A DNA stretch of 48,569 nt, taken from Candidatus Troglogloeales bacterium. GTDB lineage: Bacteria > Nitrospirota > Nitrospiria > SBBL01. The translations under genes and the position numbers were made by a program. How positions within the stretch are numbered: the stretch's first letter is position 1; each line of letters opens with the position of its first letter. Positions 42,791-48,569 of this stretch are shown here, in pieces. The notes under the pieces are model-generated. The model was not told the origin of the DNA. It saw nothing but the letters and a program-made list of their open reading frames with translations, and made no database searches. Location of the stretch: positions 1 to 48,569 of the forward strand of contig SBBL01000055.1 in NCBI GenBank assembly GCA_005239745.1, written 5' to 3'.

Positions 42791-43570
42791 TTAATAGCCA
42801 AGGCCTACGAATTTTTGCTTAGCCTCTTCGAGCAATTCCGCGGAAACTTGTGTTTCGCCACGCTGTACGGCCATGCGTTCAATCTCTTTGCGTGCCATGG
42901 GGCGCACAAACGAAGGAATGTTTTCAAGGCGGCGTTCCGCGTCATCCGTCCATAAGACGGCCGACGGAGCATTCTTAGAAGCGTCCATAATCTCTGGAGT
43001 AATCAGAGAAGCCCCTATCCGTTGCGCATAACCCTCGACGCCCATCTGGATCATCGGGCGCATAAACGATGGCACGCGCTCAAGGCGCTCTTGCGCCTCA
43101 GGCGACCATTGCAATGCGACTATCCCTTTTGCCCCTTCACTCGTGCCTTCGAAAGTGCCCGTACTTCCCATCCCGGTGGCACCAGACATGGCAGCGACCA
43201 TGCTCGAAAAGGGACATTTGCCCGCCCCCGATGACCCCGATTCAGATACGGAGTCCCCCAAAGCGAGGCTTTGGGGTGCCCTTAGCTTGGCCATCTCCGT
43301 CGCCAGCATTTCTTTTTGAACGGTGGGTGACGGCATTTCGCCCTCCTTAAGGCTGGTACGTGTAAGTTCCATAGGGGTAGCCGGCGCACTCCTTCCACCC
43401 AGCTGCACGCCAAGCGCCTGCACCATTGCCGTCTCTCCGGCGTTTGTCACCATCGCGATTTTTGCCCCACAACTTTTACAAGAGAAGGTAACCCCAAGAG
43501 ACTGTTCCCCCGGCACCTCAACATTCTCAAACCCCATAAAACTTTCACACTTTACACAGACAAACTTCAT
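42791..43570 (-). CDS. Zinc-ribbon protein with two C-terminal PCP_red (protochlorophyllide-reductase ChlB C-terminal-like) domains
   Basis: The N-terminus has CVKC...CKSC. A Gly/Ser-rich linker follows. Two repeats are present: WSPEAQERLERVPSFMRPM... and WTDDAERRLENIPSFVRPMARKEIERMA.... Confidence 0.6.
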   Translation of the reverse strand: MKFVCVKCESFMGFENVEVPGEQSLGVTFSCKSCGAKIAMVTNAGETAMVQALGVQLGGRSAPATPMELTRTSLKEGEMPSPTVQKEMLATEMAKLRAPQSLALGDSVSESGSSGAGKCPFSSMVAAMSGATGMGSTGTFEGTSEGAKGIVALQWSPEAQERLERVPSFMRPMIQMGVEGYAQRIGASLITPEIMDASKNAPSAVLWTDDAERRLENIPSFVRPMARKEIERMAVQRGETQVSAELLEEAKQKFVGLGY

Positions 43571-43787
43571 TGTGACCCCTCCCGTCGGTTACTATTAAAT
43601 GCTGTATTTATAATGTCCTAGCATTCCGGTTTCGCCACTCCGGCGGAGTCTGCCCCGTTATGATCCTAAACGGGGGCCGGAATCCAGTCTTTGATTCGAC
43701 CCCCTCAAGAACTGGATTCCGGCTAGAAACACGCCGGAATGACGGACATTCAAGTGCAAAGGAGTGCTGGAATTGTCCTTTCCCGCC

Positions 43788-44711
43788 CTATAGCGCTTCC
43801 GCCATAATTTTACGGAAGTTTAATACGTCTTCCATGTTTTTTACAATGTTGTCAAACGCCTTTGAAACGGAGTGGTCCGCTGGAAGTGGCTTTCCCTGGT
43901 CACACGACCGAGAGACTTCCAAACTAAAGGGTATTTTACCTAAAATAGGTAGCCCCACGTCACTTGCGAGGTCGTCGCACGCACCATCAAAAAACGCGAC
44001 ATGCGTGTTGCATTTTGGGCAGCGTCCGCCACTCATGTTCTCAATCAACCCGAGAGGACGGATGCTCACGTCCCGCGCGTAGGCGACCGATTTTTTAACA
44101 ACCATTTGCGCAACCTCGGAAGGCGTGGTGACAATAATAGCACCGTCCAGCTCCGGAATAAAATTAATAATCACCGGCGGCTTATCGGCTGCGGCCCCCG
44201 GCGGAAGATCAATCACCAGATAGTCCAGTTCCCCCCACACGATATCGGCAAGAAACTCTCGGATCACGTTCATCTCCATAAGACCCAACCAGATAGGCGA
44301 CAACTCCGTCGGACCCGACCACCGCACGGGGGTATCAGCCTGCTGCAGGAAAAAGTCCATTGAAGCGACCTTCATGTCATAGGGGCCGAGGGGCGGTACG
44401 GCGCCCTCTGCAATAGATACAAAGCGTCCGGAGACACCTAACATCCTGGGAATACAAGGGCCGTTTAAGTCAACGTCTAACACGCCAACGCGTTGGCCCT
44501 TGCGTGCAAGGGCCAACGCGATATTAACGGTGGTCATGCTCTTACCAACGCCACCCTTGCCGCTCATCACGGCAATCTTACGGCGGATTCGCCCCATACG
44601 CGTCTTCACCCGCAGAGACTGATCCACCAATTGTTCCATGACCTTCGCGTCGTCACGAAACGTTATATTTTTGAGGATGGCCTTAAGGTCTTTTTTAGGA
44701 TGTTCTTCCAT
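43788..44711 (-). CDS. Mrp/NBP35/ApbC-family P-loop ATPase (Fe-S cluster carrier type)
   Basis: Deviant Walker A is VMSGKGGVGKS. DLPPG and the CPKCN (CxxC) cluster-bridging motif are present. Confidence 0.85.
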   Translation of the reverse strand: MEEHPKKDLKAILKNITFRDDAKVMEQLVDQSLRVKTRMGRIRRKIAVMSGKGGVGKSMTTVNIALALARKGQRVGVLDVDLNGPCIPRMLGVSGRFVSIAEGAVPPLGPYDMKVASMDFFLQQADTPVRWSGPTELSPIWLGLMEMNVIREFLADIVWGELDYLVIDLPPGAAADKPPVIINFIPELDGAIIVTTPSEVAQMVVKKSVAYARDVSIRPLGLIENMSGGRCPKCNTHVAFFDGACDDLASDVGLPILGKIPFSLEVSRSCDQGKPLPADHSVSKAFDNIVKNMEDVLNFRKIMAEAL

Positions 44712-44771
44712 TTTAAGCGGGTAAGACTCTGTTCCCCCTTAGTTAAGGAGGGGCAGGGGCGATTTGTTAAA

Positions 44772-44914
44772 GGGCACCTTTAAAAACCTACTGCGCAGCC
44801 CAATTGCTGTGAGCTGCTGTGCTTGGAGTCCTCATGTATATTGCACACATTGCGGTTCCTGCGCGCAGTAGCCCTTGCACTTGGACCAAGAGCGGCAGGT
44901 TTTTAGAGATGCCC
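44772..44914. mobile_element. MITE-like element, full but diverged copy (143 bp)
   Basis: The TIRs are GGGCACCTTTAAAAACC and GGTTTTTAGAGATGCCC. A perfect TAAA duplication flanks it at 44768-44771 and 44915-44918. It lies between the Nudix stop and the mrp-like start. Confidence 0.8.
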
Positions 44915-45369
44915 TAAACGCACTTTAGAGAAAACCGTTGCTCCAGGCAGTACGCCGCCTTCTCCAAAATATCACGTTCACTGGCATGGGTCAGCATCTT
45001 CATGGCCTCCCCGAACTGCACCCAGCGCGCTTCAGTCGCTTCATCATCGTGATCACACTCATTCCCCCTCCGGTAATCCATCAGGTAAAAATGTACGGTC
45101 TTGAATATTCGTGTATCCTCCTCCTTAGAGTAGAAGCAGAATTGAACGGCACCTACCTTCTCGAGAATACATCCGACAAGCCCCGTCTCTTCACGCACCT
45201 CGCGAAGCGCCGTCTGCTGTAAACTCTCCCCTTCTTCGATAGTTCCTTTAGGAAGACACCAGACCGTACGTCCCCTCCGGCTGTAATGAGAGATCAAAGC
45301 CGCATAAGCCCCCGTCTCCGTTACCTTAAAGATAACGCCTCCAGACGAAACATGCCTTCTGGATTTCAT
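44914..45369 (-). CDS. NUDIX hydrolase
   Basis: The Nudix box is GTIEEGESLQQTALREVREETGL. Confidence 0.88.
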   Translation of the reverse strand: MKSRRHVSSGGVIFKVTETGAYAALISHYSRRGRTVWCLPKGTIEEGESLQQTALREVREETGLVGCILEKVGAVQFCFYSKEEDTRIFKTVHFYLMDYRRGNECDHDDEATEARWVQFGEAMKMLTHASERDILEKAAYCLEQRFSLKCV

Positions 45370-45394
45370 GATAAAACCCTAGGTCCGTCTTAGG

Positions 45395-45471
45395 TGGCGG
45401 GGCCGACGAGACTCGAACTCGCGACTTCCGGCGTGACAGGCCGGCGTTCTAACCAGCTGAACTACGGCCCC
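45395..45471 (-). tRNA. tRNA-Asp (anticodon GTC), CCA encoded
   Basis: Hand-folded. Acceptor is GGGGCCG/CGGCCCC, anticodon stem-loop is CCGGC-CTGTCAC-GCCGG, and T-loop is TTCGAGT. Confidence 0.9.
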
Positions 45472-45498
45472 GGCTGTCTGGGAAACACTATTGTCGTG

Positions 45499-46539
45499 TC
45501 AGCGCACGACATGTGGATAGCTTTCCAAAAAGCGTTTCTTCGTACCAATGGGCAGCTTTAAGCGATAATTGGGGTCGTTGGGTGGCGTAATCCCACGTTT
45601 GAGTTCAGGGTTATACCTGCGAAGCTCATCAACGGAAATACCGACCGCATTAGCCGACTTTTTAAGCGACGTTGCCCCGGCGACGATGACTTCATCGTAA
45701 CGGAGCGGTTCCTGATAATCAACAGAGAAGCCATGCGCCTTTGGGTTGCGCGCGATAAGTGTAGCTGCCATAAACTTGGGCACGTAGTTACGGGTCTCTG
45801 CCTTGAGAATGTTAAAGGCGGACAAGTCCCAAAAGTTACTGGTGTTTGATCGCTTCAGGGCGTTTAGAATCCGTCCTTCCCCGGCGTTGTACGAAGCCAA
45901 CGATAAGGGCCACGAATCAAACATGCCGTATAGTTTTTTCAAATACCGGGCAGCCGCAACGGTAGATTTCTCCGGGTCCCGTCTTTCGTCTACCCAATGG
46001 TTTATTCTAAGGCCGTACACCTTGGCCGTCCCCTCAATAAACTGCCAAATGCCTGAGGCATCGGCTGGAGAATACGCCATTGGATTAAACCCACTCTCAA
46101 TCAACGGGAGAAAGACCAACGTTTCCGGTAGGTTGTGTTGCCTCAGGACATCTCGTACCATGGCCAAGTACTTCCCCGAGCGGTCGAGCCATGTACTGAA
46201 GCGTTCCCGCATGTTGCCGGTCTTAAAATATGAAATGTAGTCAAGGACACTCTTATTCACCTCAATGGGAAAATCATCCGCTGTCCCTAGGCCGCGACTA
46301 TCCGGAATTTGAGGAGCAGAGACCGGTGCCAATAGGGTTGCCGGTATGGTGAGGGTCGCCTCCTCTATATCAAAAAAATCCGTGTCGTCAATTTGTACCA
46401 TTGGTATCATCGGTGGTCCCGACGCCCGAATCTGATTAGGGACAGCCACCGACGGCGCAGGCGCTGCTACGGCAACTGCATGCCCCCTCAACAGCCACGC
46501 CACAAAAAAGACCTTAACCCACCCGACCCACCGACGCAT
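45499..46539 (-). CDS. Lytic murein transglycosylase (SLT domain) with C-terminal LysM, MltD-like
   Basis: Signal peptide. SLT motifs are LIESGFNP, SGIWQF and YNAGEGR. The C-terminal LysM-like segment reads ...ISVDELRRYNPEL.... Confidence 0.85.
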   Translation of the reverse strand: MRRWVGWVKVFFVAWLLRGHAVAVAAPAPSVAVPNQIRASGPPMIPMVQIDDTDFFDIEEATLTIPATLLAPVSAPQIPDSRGLGTADDFPIEVNKSVLDYISYFKTGNMRERFSTWLDRSGKYLAMVRDVLRQHNLPETLVFLPLIESGFNPMAYSPADASGIWQFIEGTAKVYGLRINHWVDERRDPEKSTVAAARYLKKLYGMFDSWPLSLASYNAGEGRILNALKRSNTSNFWDLSAFNILKAETRNYVPKFMAATLIARNPKAHGFSVDYQEPLRYDEVIVAGATSLKKSANAVGISVDELRRYNPELKRGITPPNDPNYRLKLPIGTKKRFLESYPHVVR

Positions 46540-46703
46540 CAGACGACCCCGTTACCATCCCTATGGACAAAGCGCTGACAGTGTCACATGAATTGACTTT
46601 ATTTGTCAATGAGCCGAATCGCGCCTGAATGTGATAACATAAACAAAATGTCAGGTTAACAGCCAAAACAAACGGATGGCGCAAACTTCAATCGGGAGAA
46701 AAG

Positions 46704-48092
46704 ATGAAGTACAGAAAAGAACAGGATGCCTTAGGAGATGTAGAAGTTCCGTCTAATGCCTATTTTGGGGCACAGACGGCAAGGGCGGTAGCCAATTTCC
46801 CCATTAGTGGTTTACGGGCGCATCCCACATTTATCAAGGCAACGGCCATGGTGAAATGGGCATCGGCAGAGGCCAACATGGCCTGTAACAAGCTTGATCC
46901 CAGAACGGGGACCATTATCCAAAAAGCCGCCCAGGAGGTCATAGATGGCAAGTTAGACGAACAGTTTGTAGTGGATGTTTTTCAGGCAGGGGCTGGCACA
47001 TCGCACAATATGAATTGCAACGAAGTGATTGCGAACCGGGCGCTCGAGATGCTTGGGCAAAAACGCGGGGAATATGGCAGCCTCCATCCCAACGATCATG
47101 TCAATATGTCGCAATCCACCAATGACGTTTACCCGACAGCTATGCGTGTTGCAGCGCTGCTTCTCCTTCCGGCACTGGATGAAGCGATGGCCAATTTGGG
47201 GAGTGCGCTGGAAGCAAAAGCAAAGTCCTTTGACAACGTCATTAAATCGGGGCGCACGCACTTGCAGGATGCCGTTCCCATTCGATTGGGGCAGGAATTT
47301 TCCGGCTACGCGCGCGCCATCGGTCTGTTGCGGGGGCGAGTTTGGGCGGCAGGGGCGCTCTTACAGGAACTGGGCATGGGTGGATCAGCCGTCGGTACCG
47401 GAATTAATACCCACCCGCGTTATCAAAAGCAGGTCGTCTTGGCACTTCAAAAAATTTCAGGATTAAAGCTGATAGCTTCCAAGAACTTGTTTGAACGCAT
47501 GCAAAGCATGAGCAGCTTTGTGGCGCTCTCCGGTGCCTTACGGGAAGTCGCAGTAGAGTTGATTCGCATTGCCAATGACCTTCGGCTATTATCGTCCGGC
47601 CCTCGCACGGGCTTTGCAGAGATTACGCTTCCTCCGGTGCAGCCGGGTTCCTCCATCATGCCGGGAAAGGTGAATCCCGTGATGGCCGAAGTGACCAATA
47701 TGGTGGCTTTTCACGTGATGGGGAATGATCTCACCGTGTCACTGGCGGCGCAGGCTGGGCAGATGGAATTGAATGTCATGATGCCGGTGATCAATTTCAA
47801 CCTTCTGCAATCGCTTGAGATCCTTACTCACTGCATCAATCTCTTCTCCGATAAGTGCGTCAAGGGCATTGGTGTCAACCGACGAGCTTGCCGGACCTAT
47901 GCGGAACAAAGCGTTGGGGTAGCGACAATATTGAATCAATCTATCGGTTATGAGGCGGCAGCACGGATCGCAAAAGCATCCGTGGCAACGGGAAAATCCC
48001 TGCGTGAGATTGTCATCGAGCAGAAGATCCTCTCTGAAAATGAGGTGGACAAAATACTGGACCCCACCAAAATGACCAAGCCCGGTATGTAA
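46704..48092 (+). CDS. aspA: Aspartate ammonia-lyase / class II fumarase superfamily enzyme (AspA-like)
   Basis: The GSSIMPGKVNPVMAE signature loop and TARAVANFPISG near the N-terminus are present. Length is 462 aa. AspA versus FumC is not fully resolved by eye. Confidence 0.8.
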   Translation: MKYRKEQDALGDVEVPSNAYFGAQTARAVANFPISGLRAHPTFIKATAMVKWASAEANMACNKLDPRTGTIIQKAAQEVIDGKLDEQFVVDVFQAGAGTSHNMNCNEVIANRALEMLGQKRGEYGSLHPNDHVNMSQSTNDVYPTAMRVAALLLLPALDEAMANLGSALEAKAKSFDNVIKSGRTHLQDAVPIRLGQEFSGYARAIGLLRGRVWAAGALLQELGMGGSAVGTGINTHPRYQKQVVLALQKISGLKLIASKNLFERMQSMSSFVALSGALREVAVELIRIANDLRLLSSGPRTGFAEITLPPVQPGSSIMPGKVNPVMAEVTNMVAFHVMGNDLTVSLAAQAGQMELNVMMPVINFNLLQSLEILTHCINLFSDKCVKGIGVNRRACRTYAEQSVGVATILNQSIGYEAAARIAKASVATGKSLREIVIEQKILSENEVDKILDPTKMTKPGM

Positions 48093-48120
48093 GGGGCCGC
48101 CTCTTTCATTTCCATAGCAA

Positions 48121-48569
48121 CGAGCCTGTAGGAAAAACCCAATGAGACGGGCGATATTCCTTGAGTGCAACGTCTTCCTTAAAAGCGCCGGAACCTTCAG
48201 GCGGTGTAACGTGAGCATCTCTTCCAACGCCTCCAATAACGATTCCGCCGCAGAGACATTCCTCTCTCGTAACCATCGCTCCAATTCCAAAAGCATTCCA
48301 CGGGCCTCTCCATAAGATGTCTGCTCCAAGGCAATCCGAAAACGCCGGTGCGCCTCTTTCCGGTACCGCTTCGGAAGATGCCGCTGAATATTCCGATCCT
48401 TATGAATCGTACACCTCTGGTGGATCAGCTTCTTCCCAAAACGACCCTTTAATGCCTTGATAATCCCGCCCCCTCCGTCCGTGACAAACAAAACCCGCTT
48501 CGATAACAAAAGCCCCCTTCGCTCTAAATCGCGAAACAACTGCTCACAGATATCCGCATTCTCGCTCGA
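48121..48569 (-). mobile_element. IS256-family (Mutator-type) transposase gene fragment, cut by the window edge at its 5' side and degenerate or truncated at its 3' side
   Basis: The translation ...ENADICEQLFRDLERRGL...VLFVTDGGGGIIKAL...QRCTIHKDRNI...LRKTLHS follows the IS256 transposase core pattern (D...G...QRC.xH..RN). Similarity decays near 48160. The remaining ORF only runs antisense into aspA. Confidence 0.6.

Noticed and set aside
43660-44363. Plus-strand ORFs 43660-44082 and 44001-44363
   Set aside because: They are antisense to the clearly motif-bearing Mrp/NBP35 ATPase gene, so they are shadow ORFs.
4049-44918. Possibility that the recurring GGGCACCTCTAAAAACC sequences are CRISPR repeats
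   Set aside because: The copies are kilobases apart. They occur as inverted pairs bounding 142-185 bp units with target-site duplications, and there is no regular repeat-spacer array and no cas genes.
47739-48120. The 3' two-fifths of the 266-aa minus-strand ORF 47739-48539
   Set aside because: Beyond about 48160 the translation loses IS256 similarity and simply runs antisense through the aspA-like gene. It is treated as read-through of a truncated transposase, not as coding sequence.

Overview
Chromosomal window from a diderm bacterium, shown by LptF/LptG permeases, an Omp85-type outer-membrane protein, PBP1A and an MltD-like transglycosylase. The taxon cannot be named from the sequence alone. 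Most of the window is housekeeping: comEC, a csp gene, purM-purN, gap-pgk-tpiA-secG, a class III PHA operon (phaA-phaB-phaE-phaC), an aspA-like lyase and four tRNAs. Three things stand out. (1) An ~11.3 kb, tightly coupled plus-strand cassette (8894-20203) looks like an enediyne-type iterative polyketide system. It holds a 1988-aa KS-AT-ACP-KR-DH-PPTase synthase (PksE-like) and a hot-dog thioesterase. It also holds an ASPIC/UnbV beta-propeller protein, an RnfD-like membrane protein (UnbU-like) and a possible UnbL-like protein. This is an unusual find in an LPS-containing organism and in a housekeeping neighbourhood. (2) A family of short (142-185 bp) hairpin-forming MITE-like elements has 17-bp terminal inverted repeats (GGGCACCTCTAAAAACC) and 4-bp AT-rich target duplications. 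There are three full and three truncated copies. One copy sits exactly between the PKS and its thioesterase, where it supplies the PKS stop codon and a Shine-Dalgarno for the thioesterase. (3) Several smaller oddities: an lptF gene broken by a 1-nt deficit in a homopolymer, an orphan SdhA-like flavoprotein behind a His-rich membrane protein, a degenerate M1-peptidase-like domain fused to an Omp85 barrel, a secreted protein built from an unnamed Cys-containing repeat module, an Mrp / zinc-ribbon-2xPCP_red / heme-oxygenase-like di-iron gene trio, a standalone NuoM-like subunit, and an IS256-like transposase remnant at the right edge. All calls come from reading motifs in the supplied translations and DNA. 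No database search was run.
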